64,000 nt of DNA, from NCBI RefSeq assembly GCF_009914755.1, contig NC_060929.1, one strand, 5' to 3'. Positions 1-15,400 of the stretch are shown one piece after another. A program made the position numbers and the translations under genes. Source of the DNA: the human T2T-CHM13v2.0 reference genome, Homo sapiens. The notes beneath the pieces were generated by a model. It ran no database searches and had not been told where the DNA came from. It saw only the letters and a program-made list of their open reading frames with translations. Within the stretch, counting starts at the first letter, position 1, and each line of letters starts with the position of its first letter.

Positions 1-89
1 CCAATCTTGTCATCCAGGCTCTTACAAAATCACTAATTCATTGGAATGGGATGCTGAACAATGTTGTTGTTGTAGTTGTTGTTGTTTTC

Positions 90-1012
90 AGACTAACAAT
101 TTCCTAGCAAACAAGGTGAGGTATTAAGTGCATAGAATCCACTTCTCTCAGTACATAGCTTATTACCACAAAGCGCCAACATAATACAGTAGAATGACCT
201 GTTAACTGTTTTGCAGAATGACACATCAGGGGCAAGACACCATGCAGGTTTGGGAGGCTGTCCTTTAAAATGCGTTATAGACATTAAACTAATGGCTAAT
301 ATATGATGCTGTGTCCCCAATATCTAGAATCCCAGTTCCATAACCAAGAGGTAAAAGTACAATTACTCCTGTTAATCCACTTTGGAACTTTGGATTTCCC
401 ATATTCATAATTCAGGATGTGGTACATCAGAAGTCCTGGTTTCTAATGGAGGAATGCTTCTTCCAAGAAATTCAACTTGAAGCTAAAACAATTACTTTAT
501 TAAATTGGGCTCTTCATCACAGTGAACCAGGAGGCAAGGAAAAGAGTTACTATGCTGGCAGGAGTGATTGACATTGATTATGACAAAGAGTTAGAGTTTA
601 TGCTGTATAACACAGGTAAAGGAGAGTAAGTTTGGGACCCAAAAGAGTCATCAAGTGTCTTTTGGTGCTTCAATGCCCAGAAATAAATCTGAATGGACAA
701 TTTCAGCAATCAAGTTCACCATATAAAAGTCAATTAAGTGCACAGACTCCTTGGAGTAAAAGTTTGGGTCACCTCTTAGTTAACAAACCCACACTAGGTG
801 AAGTGAGGGGGCCCTAAAATGAGTAATGGGAAGAGTTGATAAATATCAATCATCCTGGAATGATTTACAGATAGAGGGGCTATAGTTTCCAAACTAACCC
901 TCTTATATACAGTCTTCCATAAATTTGGCAGCCTTCTAACAATTTGGAGAGTTGGCTATGAACTGGAATTAACGGAGTGCAGGAGCCTATGCAAGTGACA
1001 CACTAGAAAGAC
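90..1012 (+). mobile_element. Degenerate ERVL-class internal sequence (3' pol/dUTPase-region relic, ERV3-16A3-like)
   Basis: Motifs such as gagttactatgctggcaggagtgattgac...gattatgacaaagag resemble ERVL internal 3' ends, and an LTR16-like LTR follows directly. No intact ORF. Boundaries approximate. Confidence 0.5.
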
Positions 1013-1518
1013 TGTGTTAAACATCTAATACACTATCTCACTTCCTCTCGGCTTCACCCACGATTCCAGTCACTAATTCAGCAAACAATATTTTGCATAC
1101 AGTGCCTCATGTTAAGCACTACCTCGCTTGATACTGCAAGTGCTTTTCTGGCATACGCTATGAGTAATTTGTGGGAGCTAGCTTAGAATTCACAAGCACA
1201 GCCCATAATTTCAGGGACTTAATGAGTCATAGGGAATCTCTGCTTAGGGGATGGGGTCTGATGGACAATTACTTCTTTCTTTCATCTCTTGAATCCTGAG
1301 ACCCTTATCTTAAGGCCTCTCAGATAGTCCAAGTGGGATTGAGCTCCCATTATTCACAGAAAAGGGCAATTTGAAACATATCTTTATATAGGCTTTCACT
1401 CCTTTTCTGTCATACTTTTCTCGATTCTTCACTTCTGCTTCCTAGGAACATTTGCCCAATAAACTATTTGCATTAAAATTCCCTTGAGCCATGTTTTAAG
1501 GGGACCTAGACTAAGACA
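1013..1518 (+). mobile_element. LTR16-type ERVL LTR
   Basis: TG...CA ends, internal gtgggattgagctccc, aataaa near 1458, and the typical end ggggacctagactaagaca. Confidence 0.6.
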
Positions 1519-2512
1519 TGCATATGCACATTGTTCTAAGACTAGATTCCTTGTTTTTATTATCTCCAGGGTGTCCCTACATCTTTCAAAAGCATCAGAA
1601 TAGATTAGACCTCTAGAGGTGTGGAGATTTAAAAACAAGACTAAAATACCTTCCCCAAAACACAGTATTTTAGAGGAGGACATAATAGAGGAGCCTATGG
1701 AGGAGAGAGGACAAGCCATTGAGTGAAAAGTAATATTAGAGTTTCAAATCATATATCATGAAAATTTTGGCAGGTAGATTTTCAGATCCTGGGATCACTC
1801 AAAAATCAAACTTTAAAATTAGGATAATTTGAAAACATATATTAAAGTGACTAAAATCATTTTAATTCATTATTTGGAATCAAGTCTGAGACATTTTCTT
1901 TTATGATGCATTCATTCAAGCTGCAAACACAGAAAAAATATTGAGAGTAATATTTGCAAGTGAAGGTTTCATAAAATAAATAATTTCAGAAAGTCTGCAG
2001 TTACTTGGTATTGGTAGTAAGTGCATTCTTTATGGTATGCTTCAGTTTTATTTAAACTTGTAGTTCAACAGTTAACCTGGAGAATTATGATCAGGATGTG
2101 GGGAGCTCAGAGAATTTTATAACTTCCATATGCAGGTATTGTTAGGTATTTCTATTTTCTAGAACAATAGTTAGCTTCTATCAAACTCTATTGTTTAGAT
2201 TACTAAAAACAAGCAAACAAGAAAAACAGCTGCCTTTTGTTATTTTGGGGTTCTGTCTTAAACGAATATTGTTTATCTTATTAATTAAATATCCCTTGTC
2301 TTGATTTTACCACTGACTACAAACCATGTCCAACTTCTCCCATGTCCCCTGCTCAGGACATTTCAAGTGTGCAGAGGATGTGCAAGGGCAATTTATTTAA
2401 AAAGAGTGGTGTTCTTCCACCAGGCTCCGTTCTTTCCTGAAATTCTTCTGCTCCGTGTCCTGCCTAATCAACTGCTGCACTCGTAGATTATCAGAGTTCC
2501 TGTGTTGCTTGT

Positions 2513-2892
2513 TGTATTAGTGTGTTCTCATACTGCTACAAGGACATACCTGAGACTGGGTAATTTATAAGGAGAGAGATTTGATTCATGGTTCAGCAAG
2601 GCCAGGGATGGGGAGGCCTCAGGAAACTTATAGTCACTGGTGGAAGGGGAAACAGACATGTCCTTCTTCACATGGCAGCAGCAAGGAGAAACATGGGAGC
2701 AGAGCAAAGGGGGAAGTTTCTTATAAAAGCATCATAACTTGTGAGAACGTAATCACTTTCATGAGAAGGGCATGGGGAAAACCACCCCCATGATTCAATT
2801 ATCTCCAACCACGTCCCTCCCATGACACATGGGGATTTTCAGAACTACAATTCAAGATGAGATTTGGGTGGGGACACAGCCAAACCATATGA
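2513..2892 (-). mobile_element. THE1 (C/D-type) MaLR solo LTR
   Basis: tgtattag...gagactgggtaatttataa...gagatttgggtggggacacagccaaaccatat; perfect 5-bp TSD CTTGT at 2508-2512 and 2893-2897. Confidence 0.9.
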
Positions 2893-4758
2893 CTTGTCAT
2901 TCAGATAACTGAAATAAAGCTGCACAGATGCAAAAATTTCTAGCTCTTCATAGGTGCACATTGTCAACACTGAGTAACGGTTGTCAAACTGAATTAAAGA
3001 TGTTCTTTAACACTCAGTTTAATAGCCACTGGTCAGTAGATGCTTTCTTGATGATCCATTTCTATAGGCCAAGATCAATGTCCCTAATCCACAAACCTCC
3101 TTGAGGCGCCCCTAACTCTTTGGGCACACTATGAGTAGAGTACTTGACAACAAATGATATCATTTATTTTCTTCTATGCTGATTCTATTTAAATATTGAT
3201 AACCACGGAGAAAGCTATTCCTCCATGTTTCACAGAGTGACAAGTAGTTACTATTACTTTATAAATGCGGAATAAATGTAACCATTTTATACGATGAAGT
3301 ATTTTGAGATTTTTATATGCCATCAAGATTTACAAATGCATACATATTAAATGAGTTCATAAACTCATATAAAAATGTACTTTCAAGATCTACAGTATTA
3401 AATAAAATTTACCACAATTGAATGCTGAGTATTTCAATAAAAAAGCAGGACTAGAGCTATTAATATAAATAAGGATTAGAACATCACAAGAGAACACTAA
3501 ATTAAATTATACCAATGATCATAGAAAAGCAGAAAGGATGCTTATTTTTCTTTCTCTAAACTTTATATTTTATGGTTGAAGAGCTCAGTAAATGAGATAT
3601 TAAAGTAAAATAAGTCGCATTTATATAAGAAGAAAAATCTTGACCCATTAGGAAGACTTTAACAACATTTCTACATATATGAACATGGTAAATATAAAAC
3701 AGTTGAGCCTTAATCTACTGTGTTATTGCTCTATACCTGGGAGACAAATGATCTATTTGAACAGAATAGCCTTATATCCATCCATAAAGATCAGCTAACA
3801 GAATCCAAAGCAGAACAACTCCAGTGGTAGTGATCTTTCCTGGAAAACATCTGCTGCCAGCTGAGTGTGTTTACATTTTGGCAGCATTGGCAGATGTGCT
3901 CATAGTCAGCCCATCTGTGTGGTTCCCAGAGGCTGGAGCCAAGGAAGCTGGGCTGGACAGACAGCAGAGAATGAGCTTACTATAATATCCTGACTTGTTC
4001 TAGAAAATGCAAATTAGTGCCTCATAGCACTTTGTTTCTTCCTATGCTAAAAAAAGGCCTGAAAGTTAACTGATTTGTACGTATGGCCTAGAATGAGCAA
4101 CAGCTTTTACTTGTCCGACTGCTCTTGGGAATGTAATCATGTAGGTGTGTGATCAATATTTTAGAAAAGAGAGTAATAATTTCTGTGAAAAATAATTTAA
4201 GAAATGTTTAGAGAATAAATAAGTATATCAATTTAAACTTTTTCATATTTGAAAATATTAAAAATATGTAGTAGGTGGGAAAACACTGAATAAGTATGAG
4301 GTTTTACATGTGAAACTCTTGTTTGTTCTCTCTTCTTGTATTGTTTATTACATTTGTTACCATTTGTTACATTCAGAAGTGTTATCCAAAGTATGTTCTT
4401 CAGAAAATAATTTCATAGCCAATAGAAGTACTTATAAAAGGATATATGGCTTTTAAAACAATAGAATTTCTATATTGCACGTTCTCAGCACTTTTATGAT
4501 GTTAATTTATTTTCTCAATCTCCAAGTAGGGAATCTATGGAGTTGTCTTTTACTGAACATATTTTTGTGGAACACATTCTGTACTAGAATTCTTTTGTGT
4601 TTACTTGAGTAATTCTACTTTGGTAATTGAATCTGAAATCAGCAATCTGGAAGCAAAAAGTAAATAAATAAAGAGGTATTTTCATATTGGCATTCATTTT
4701 TTACATATTTTCTTTATTGAAATAAACAACTAAGTGACTGAAATATTTCATCTGTTAA

Positions 4759-5107
<349 letters not shown>

Positions 5108-5769
5108 GCTAGTTTTATTCTTATATCTGATATTATTTTTTTTCTTCTCATGGGATCATGCACAATGAAGCTAGTTTATAAAGCAAGTAATTGAGCTGCC
5201 ACCTTAATTTGGAGATTAAGTTACTCCTATCCCCAGGAGGAGAGATAAATTAGTAACCAAACAAAACAAAACAAAAACAATATCAAATAGGTGAGTTTAG
5301 CTATCTGCAGAAGTTCAACTTTAAGAGATTTCTGTAAACAGTTGCTAATGGAGATGAATAAAACATTTAAATTCAATCAAAATGTTTACATAGGAAGTTC
5401 ATATTTAGACTTTAAAATAACTGTAATGTAATAAATTCTGGGATACATAAAGTCAGATTTGAACATAAAGGTAATCCAGCTTGCATGTAAAAAATAAAAC
5501 AAGAGTCAGAAGCAAGAATTTGCAGTTTTTATCCAGCACCATCCAGGGAAAAGACACTGACCTGGAAATCAAGATATTCTTATTATTGGAAATGATTGTC
5601 CTATTTGGGGGCAGGAATCAGTAATTAGACCTTCCCCAAGTCTAAATTATATATTATTTCTATATACTTACCTATATTTTTGATCTGTACTCATTAAATG
5701 GTCATCTATTTTGCAAACTGTTTCCCAAAGAACTTCTTGGCAGCTAAGAAAAGGCAGCATCAAAATGTG

Positions 5770-5990
5770 ATGGCTAGGGAGGTGGACATTGAAGTCAGTG
5801 GTTTCAAGTCCTTGTTCTCTCATTTTTGAGCTGTGTAATCTTGAGCACATCACACGACCTCTCCCTTAATCTTATCTATGAAATTATAATATTTGCAGAA
5901 TCCATTTCATAGACTTGTTATTAGGATTAAATCAGTTAATACACATAAAGTATTGAAAACTATGTTTGGCCCACAGTAAGGACAATTTAA
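5770..5990 (+). mobile_element. MIR relic
   Basis: gctgtgtaatcttgagca...ttgttattaggattaaat...cacagtaag core; boundaries approximate. Confidence 0.6.
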
Positions 5991-7281
5991 GTCTTGATAA
6001 CTTATGAAAGGGGAGATTCAAAAGGCTGATACATTTTTGGGTTACTATGAGTGCATATTCAATCCATTTCACACTAACATTATAGGCCCTGGTGAATTGG
6101 ATTGATTTGATTCAGTAATCAATAGCTAATAAAGCTTGTTCAAAAACTTAGAGGAATGTACATTTTAATAAACCATATGGAAAGGCCGTATGTAATCAAA
6201 ATGTTCATCTTGACACTTGTATTTTAAATTGTAGCATATAATATAAGGAAAGGTGTGAATAAGGCAATCTGTATATCATAAATTGTGTAGAACATTATAG
6301 ATAATTAATTATAAGGCAAATAAAAATGTATGCCCAGTTTTTAATTCTGGGAAAATGTTTGTAAAAAATAGTGTATTTTGGAATTTCTTAAAATAAGTAT
6401 TAAATATGCAAAAATTTGATACATTTTGACATTCTTGGTTAGGAAAATTTAATTCATTTTCTTTATTTGGAGACTTCTCGGTTTGTAATATGCTACCACC
6501 TCTTATTAATTCCTGAGACCATTGTGGAATTATGTTAGAACATATCATTCCTTTGCAGAGCATGTTGAACAGCAATGTTTCCCAGAATACATTTTGAAAA
6601 GGACTGGGCTGTAATATAAAATAATAAGAGTAAAGAGAAGGATTATAGCAAATCTATCCACCATTTCAGGCAAAACCATACCTAAACCTATTTTTAAATA
6701 ATAAGCATTTAAAATAATATTTGACAGTAGGAATAAATTATTTGTAAATACTGCCTTTTAAAAAATTGCTTCAGGCATCAAAACTCGTATTACAATCCTG
6801 AAAGCTCTTCCATAACATCAAAAATGGAGTTCCACATGATGAGATCTGATTATACCCCCCAAAGTAGCTAAGAATAACCTGTTGTATATGAATCTTTGAA
6901 AAAAAGGTAATTATGCAAATATAAATAACATCTATATGTATTAGTTATTGTCAGTGCTTCATTGGTGGTCTCCAGTAAATGTTTCAAAATTGCAGAATGC
7001 TACAGTTAAACATTTCTGCAGAAATCAATACAGAGTCTGAAAACAGACTTGCAAGTTATAGAAAGCCATGGAAGAAGATTTAAGCGTGTAGTTTTTCAGA
7101 ATCATCTCTGGAAGGCAAATCACAAACAGTATTAAGTGGATCAAATAGCAGTCAAAATACTAAATCAAAAATCTGCCATAGAATGTGCAGTGTGTATGAA
7201 GTCATTGTAGCTAAAACAACCCACTAACATTAGTCAGTGGGAGTATAAAATGGATATAAATGACTGTCACTTGTGAAATAC

Positions 7282-7287
7282 TTTATT
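7282..7287 (-). terminator. Distal polyadenylation signal AATAAA
   Basis: Plus strand tttatt. Upstream UGUA elements (plus-strand taca near 7312 and 7380) and a downstream U/GU-rich tract (minus strand ...atgttagtgggttgttttag, ~7209-7232). Confidence 0.72.
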
Positions 7288-9498
7288 CCCTCAACCGCAA
7301 ACAGAATGTGCTACACAAAATATCGTTAAGGATTTCCTAATATTCATGGGGTTTTTGACATTGTTCATATTCCCATGTATACACTTAAAAATAAATGGTT
7401 TGCCTAATTGCCAACCACTAGGGCTAAGGGGAGTGGAAAAGCAAAGCACAAGCCAAAGCTTGTTAAAAATGATCACCTAACATTGACATACAAAGTATAA
7501 CCAAGGGCTTGGATATATGAGATAAGAGAAACAGTGAAAAAAAGGGATTAATTTATTTTACAATTTTACAAATGATAAAACAATAATACCCGGTTGCTAT
7601 ACACAAACAATAAGAAAACAGTGTTGAACAGAATGAACTTGAACTTGACAGAATAAACCTCATCTTTCAGTTCCACAAATTCTATAAGAAATACTCAGTA
7701 GCAATTATTCTGTGCAGCAATGCTATCTCTGTAAACTCTTTTTTTTTCCTGCTATTTACATTTGAAACACTTGTGCTTTTGCCTACACAAAGAAACGGTT
7801 TTTATTAAAAGGTGCTACTTAAATGAGAAACACAAGGCCTGGAGCCACAATCTGAAAACTGTAATTCGAATACATTGCTAGCTTGAAGCCTTTACTTTTC
7901 TTCTTTATTATTAAGATTTGGACATACTAGACCCTTACTGTAACTCTACGTATGAACGACATAGAATTCAGTTATAAAGTAGATACCTCTTAAAGCACGT
8001 TAGTAACTGAAGTCTCAAAAGAACTTCTTTATTCTAAAGTGGACTTACTTATCTCCAGGGGAGTTCACAGTGCAGACCCTGAAGATGTTAGCATAACACA
8101 AATTTAGTGTATACATATTACAGACTCAGTGTGTATACAGACATATACACATATATAACATTGTATATATGCATCACACATGTCTATTTGTACTATATAG
8201 GTATATCTATAGCACATATATAATAAAATATCTATTTCTAGGTGGGCTTTATTTGGATTTTCTTTCATCAAATACAAATAATAACCCTCACTCAATTTTT
8301 AAAACATTGGTATATTGATAATGTTTGATGGGAAAACTTTCAAACTTGTAGAGATAACAACTAACTATACACAACTCTTCCCATACCCCTTCCACAATTA
8401 TATATACTCCCTACAATAACCACATGAAAACAACTCTTTCATGAACCAAATATCACGTTATATGCATTATGTCTAATTGGCTCAATTAGAAATAAATTAA
8501 TTTGTTCATCCTTTTTCTGTATAGTAGCTGAATAACTAATTGGTATGTACACTACCCCTAGCATTACTTAAATAAATTGCTTTTGTAAGCATATATGTAG
8601 AAATTCCCATTAGTAATTGATATACAATTCATATGATATACAATACATGAACACATTTGAATGCCCAGCACCTTCTTTCAGATAGAAAAACTTCCGCAGT
8701 AGTTTCAACAGTCCTGTGGGCTGAATCATTAGATTTGCCAAGAAAATCTATTACTTGCTCACTTTTTATTTCAGCAACTTAACATTAACTACAGCACAGG
8801 CTGAATAATAATGATGAAAATGTTTCCATGGTCTATTCATGTCAACAGCACAATAACAACCATGTTCTGTAAAGGACAAGAATATTTCACAATCAGCTGC
8901 CTGAGCATTGCCAAGTACAGGGTTAAATAGTAAAAAATAAATTAAAATATTAAAATTGTGAATATATATTTTCAAAAGAAAAAGCTCCACCTATTTCAAG
9001 TATGCTTTTATAATTTGATTTTGTCATGATCCTTTATGCTCCGCTATTGGTTAAATCTCAACTCTTTTTCTTATTCTTGCCATTAGCCTTCATTGATCTT
9101 GCTCTGTTTCCATAAAAAGGCCACAGTAGATAGTTAAAATGGGAGGGCAGATGGAAAGGTATACAACAAGGAATGAAATGGGCTTGTACAGTTTGTCTTC
9201 TTTGAACCCTAAATACCTTTAACTGAATTCATTCTTGACTATTGAAATCCCTGAGATGAACAAAAGCAATCTCAATCGACACTGAAGCCCTTTTTTTCAT
9301 GCTGAACATTTTTGGAAGTGGGCAATGTATTTAGAGAACACAAAGGATATGGTGACAAAGTAATGTGAAAAAGCTAAAAAGGCACTACTCAATGCATCTA
9401 TGAGATAAACATCAATGCACAGAACAATGAATGGCTGAGATATGTGTGCTGTGGCCTTAACATTGTTTAAATGTATTTACTGAAAATATACTAAAAAT

Positions 9499-9891
<393 letters not shown>

Positions 9892-10290
9892 TTACCTTTA
9901 AGATATTTGCTTGTGACTTCTAGATTTCTGTTGGATTTAAACTAAAGGCTACTAGAATAGCTTATCATTTGCAAGTAGTCCAAATTTAGATTTTATAAAT
10001 CACTTTCAATTTATTCAGTAAACCAGACTTTTCAACTTTACATTCAAAACATGTATCTATTCTCTTACAATTTCTGATAGATAAGAGGTTTAATTATAAA
10101 AGTACATTAATGTTCCATTCATTTTTAGCTATCAGTCTCCTATACGCATTAGATTTTACTTACTTAGAGACACATACATTCTCAAAAGATGTAATATTCT
10201 ATATCCCAAGGTTTTACTATATTAAAAAAATATGACATCTAATTAAAAATATTGAGAACTGTACTACTGTGAATATCCTTTTCCATGGTA

Positions 10291-10312
10291 ACACACACAC
10301 ACACACACACAC
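10291..10312. repeat. (AC)11 microsatellite in the 3'UTR, (GU)n in the mRNA
   Basis: Direct reading. Confidence 0.95.
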
Positions 10313-11229
10313 GTACTTCATGCTTTTTATTCATTTCTCAGACTGTTTTCCCTAAGAAACAAAACATATATATTCCCCATGCCATTTCTTCTTTCCTCAA
10401 ATTGCCTGACCAAGAAATAAGAAATCAAAGTACAAGTGAGAATGCAGAGCTTCTGCCCAGTTTCTAAAGAAACAATCTACTATCATAAGTTACCAGAAAA
10501 CTGGCCTATTGGTCAATTCTGTTATACATTAAAAATTTTTTAATTACTTTATTAATAATTTCATGTGTTTCTTGAAGAACATATGTGATATTGTGACTAA
10601 ATTTAACTACAGAAAATATCGGTCAATTAAATTCATTTTAAATGCAAAATATTGACACAATTTCACTGTTAAACCTCTTGAAATTAATCATCTGTTTTGA
10701 AAACAATACTCTATTAATAATGTTATTTCTGCACTAAGAAATTTAACAGTAATATATAAAGCATTTCCATATTTCTATTTGAATAACAAGGGGAATATCA
10801 AAGAACTGGAAGTCACATTTCAGCTATATCAATCTAATATTTATTCTAAAGGGCAAAATGCTTCCACAAAATTATTATGTAATGCAAAAGGTGTGAAAAA
10901 CATTTCAAATGAAAATAAAGTATGAGTTTGAAAATTAAAAAATATTTAGAGACAACTTTCACATTAATAGCAAAATAATATATTCATGTTAATAATATAT
11001 TATTTTCATGAAAGAAAAATGGTTTGCTGTGTAGAAACACAAGTGTAATCTTTGGTACCAAAGATTTTTTTTTCCCTGCCTATTTTACCATCTCTGATGA
11101 CATGGAACATCTTTCCTTTAGAATGGCCTAATATTACATAGTGGTTCACTTTAGCTGGTACCTTCTACACCACTGGAAAATAACATGGAGGTTTAGAGCC
11201 GTGCAAAATAAAACTTTTTTAAAAATGTC

Positions 11230-11567
<338 letters not shown>

Positions 11568-12180
11568 TTAAAGTTTATTTCCTCACTCATATGCATCTCA
11601 GAAAGGATTTCTAAGCATCCCAATATCCAAACCAAAAGAGATTCCAGAAGACAAAAAAAAAAACATAAATTAAAACATAAAATTCATGATCAGACTCAGA
11701 GTCCTGACTGAAGCATTTACTTGAGTTGTTTAATCTTACGGATTTCATTGCTCAAACTGCTTCCATCTTGGCTTCTGCTGACAAGGATGGTTTAATTTCC
11801 CAAGGTCTGAGTTGCGTTCCTGGGGTTCCTCTTCTAATATGCTTGGTGTTGCTGTGGGCAGCCTGACAGTGATGAACATATTTGCTTTGTTAACTAATGA
11901 TGAGTGCACTGTTGGATCTTGTAAACACTACTGATTATACATTCAAACTGTATTCTTAGTGGAAGTGGCACTTACTAGGACCCTTAAAGTCAAAATATTT
12001 AATTTTTAGAGCACTTTGCAGGTATTTCATCAGCTGGTAGTCGATTTCTCATGAACGTCCTTTATTCACCTTTCAGTTCATTGGTGGATGCTGAAACCCA
12101 GCCGTGTTTTGGATCCTATTTTCAAATCTTCGGAAGCATCTTCAGAAAAGAAGTGCATATTGTTTGTTTCAAAATGTGCT

Positions 12181-12463
12181 TTATTGCTTTACACACTTTC
12201 CTGTTGTCAGTTTTAGAGCTCCTCTATTATGTAGCACATTTAATGTTTTGAATTCTAATGGCATTCTGTGAGGGCTTGCATTGGAAAAGTACCTATATTT
12301 TAAGTCATCATAATAATGATATTTGACCGCTTTTCCATTTAAATCCTTAGGGAAGGGCCAGAATCCATACAGGTGAATTTCATCACAGAATCTTGTGGCA
12401 AGTGTATACATGAGAAGACCTGTGCTGGGTCTTTTGATAGGAACTTTGTTGGTCAGCCAGTAA
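12181..12463 (-). CDS. ST8SIA4: ST8SIA4 terminal coding exon (exon 5) CDS, 283 nt including TAA
   Basis: Translation [36 protein letters not shown]...HYYD...HRMPLE...GKCVKQ*: sialylmotifs S, III and VS and the C-terminal Cys. Acceptor gttttttgtttttccag ends at 12464. GG from the upstream exon plus T gives Gly and keeps the frame. Stop TAA at 12181-12183. Confidence 0.97.
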
Positions 12464-15400
12464 CTGGAAAAACAAAAAACAAAATCAAGAAGAGAAGAAT
12501 TTAGACACACATAGAGCATATCCTATAGCAAGTATATAATGCAGAAAACTTAAAAGGTATCTTTATGAATAATATTTTAAAGAATTACTGAAGAAATATT
12601 TTTAAGCATTTAGAAAATTTGATGCTTTTATTTTATTTCTTCTTTATCCTTTATTTTCTTTCTTATTCTTGAGGTCATATAAATACCCAAGGGACCTGGA
12701 ATGTAGGTGAATATTACTCTAGAATCTCACCTTTGAAATGAATAATAGCAAACATTTATATAACATGCAGAGTAAAATTTTCTCAAAAAGGATTAAATAC
12801 AACTGCAGAAGTCATGGTAATTGGGTAGAGATTAAGTAATCCTCCCAGAAAAAAAAGTTTGAAACTATGCCTATAGATTTTCAAAATGTAAGATATTGCA
12901 ATTAAAAATCCAAAGAAATAAATGCTTTATCTATGTTATATCAACTGATTTATTCAGCTCCAATTTTCCAAGTCACAATTTACTAAAGCAAATTAGAAGC
13001 CTCACTTCCACTCACATAAGAACAACAATAAAAAAAAGTTGTAGAATAATTGATAGTTTTCCAGTTATGCAATTTAACATTTTGTTAGATATATAAAATA
13101 TATTTCAATGCTGATAAGTACTTTATAGGCAATAAAGTCCTTCAAAATGTTTAAATCCATCACTGCTGTCAAACATTGGTGTGAAAAGCACGCAAACTCA
13201 CATCTCTGGAAGGAAGGAGACTTCCAATATTTCTTGGCATATTCATTTCCTTAAGGACAATGACCTTTTTTGAAAACAGCTGAAAGAGTGTGGATTTTTC
13301 TCTTACTTTCAAAGTTGTCCAATGATAAACACAAAAACTTAATAAGTTTAAAAATTATTTTGTTTTTCTATCGTCTTCTATTTGGAGAGATATGTGCTCT
13401 GCCATCCAAACGTAAGGGGAATATTATGTTAGATCCTGTTTGTTGCTGTATTTAATAAGCTTGCTTTAGATTTCGCATATTATTTTCTTTTTCTCTAAAA
13501 CTTTTATAAAACTTTCCAGGGGAGATAAAATACATCTAGAGTACTGAGTATGAAAAAAACTTAAAGTGATATGTTACTTCATTTCCTTAAATAAATTTAT
13601 ACTTTCAAACTTCACTGGAAACATCCAAAACAGGGAAAATATACCTGGCCATCATAATTCTATATTTTGTCTTTCATTTTCTCCCTTCTCTGAATCAGGA
13701 TTGGCCTCACACATATTCTATTTTTTCTCATTTAGTGAAGGCCATGGGCTAAATATTTTGAGCTGTATGAAATGTGTTATGAACTCTTTATTATCACAAT
13801 TGTTTTGAGAACATCTGTTCTCAGTAAAGACGATTTTATAAGAAATTTTCAGAGAAGAACATCTAGGAATTTTCTCATAACTCAAAGTAACTGAATGAGC
13901 AAAACCATAACTTATACACTATAAACACAATGAAGAAAACATAGACAGTGATTCTATGCAAGGAGCATAGTCAAACTTCTTTGAAGGCTTTGAAGAAACT
14001 ATGATGTGGCCTGAAGCTCTCTGGGCTCTGAGAAAACAAGTGTTTTTTAACATGAAATAATGATTATAAGAAAGTATTGTGAATGTGATTTATGTGAAAG
14101 TATTGTGAATATGTATGGTTGCAGAGGTTAGGTGATAGAGTTGGTTAGTTAAAAAAAAACTATCTATTTATAAATTTTTAAAGTAAGCCAAGCAAATTCA
14201 AAATCAGTCAAAAAGAAAACAGTATTTCCATTAGGCAAAGTCAATGATTAGGAACAATTTGGCAGTATGAAGGTCATGCTGAATTATTTCTAAAGTGAGA
14301 AAAATGCTGCTATATTACTTGTATGAAACTCCAGACTTCTTACTATCAACAAATGCTTTCCATTTCCTAATTCTGGAGAGGTTTCCTCGAGGTTCATGTA
14401 ACTATGGTTGCTCATTGACAAATACCAAAGCAATTTCTACATGCAATACAAATAAGTAACTACAGCGTTAGAAATGCTGAAAGCAAAATTATTGGCTTTA
14501 AAATGGTGTCAGAGACGTGAAATCACTCCAAATTTTTTGATACAGGACATCTTATGAGACACCACAAATAGAATATCACTGAAGTGTCTTGAAAATGAAA
14601 CTGTGATTGCAAAGCATCTTATTTGAAAATAATGAGTAGAGTGACTTTAAAAACTTTTTGTGGTCTTGTTCTAAATAAATTAATCTATGCAGTTAAAATA
14701 CTGAATTAATTTAGCTTTAGAAATGCTAACAGAAAAATAAATTTTGTGATATTTGATTTGCAACAGTTTGAATAATTTCAAAGAAAAATATACCGTCAAT
14801 ATTTCAGGACATTTTTGAAGAAACAACACAAAATAAATGCCACTTATCCTATTGATTTCTAAAAAGTGTCACAGAAAGATACACCTTAATAAATGGCATC
14901 AATATGTAACAGATAAGTTGAAAAATACCTTAAATCAGGTCACTAAGTAGGCAATAAGTAATAACTTTCTAAAAATTTAAAAACACAGAACTGATCAAAT
15001 ACAGTCAATAAGACTGTATTTTGTGTTTATTATCAACCTAATGTTGTGTTTGAAATTGTATAGGCCAATCTAAATTATTGCAATTCGGTATTAAACCAGT
15101 AACAAATTCCACATGTGAAAAGGACAAGAATAGATCTTCTTTTTAATTCTGTCAGCATAATTGGTTAGATAATATTTATCAGCATCAAAAGCTAGAGCCC
15201 AGACTACAATTTTGAAATCCATACCTGAATGTATCTACCTATACACAATTTGATATTTGAAAACTGCAAATTTTTATGGAGTCTATCAAAAATAGAATAT
15301 TAACTTGTGTTTCATCCTCATTAGGAAAAATATTAAATTGAAAATAATGCATTGATAAAATAATGGAATATTCACACTGTTTCAGTATAACATGTTCCAG

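Noticed and set aside
12464-12519. N-terminal extension [19 protein letters not shown] of the exon 5 ORF (likewise 56693-56760 for exon 4)
   Set aside because: Intronic polypyrimidine tract upstream of the true acceptor.
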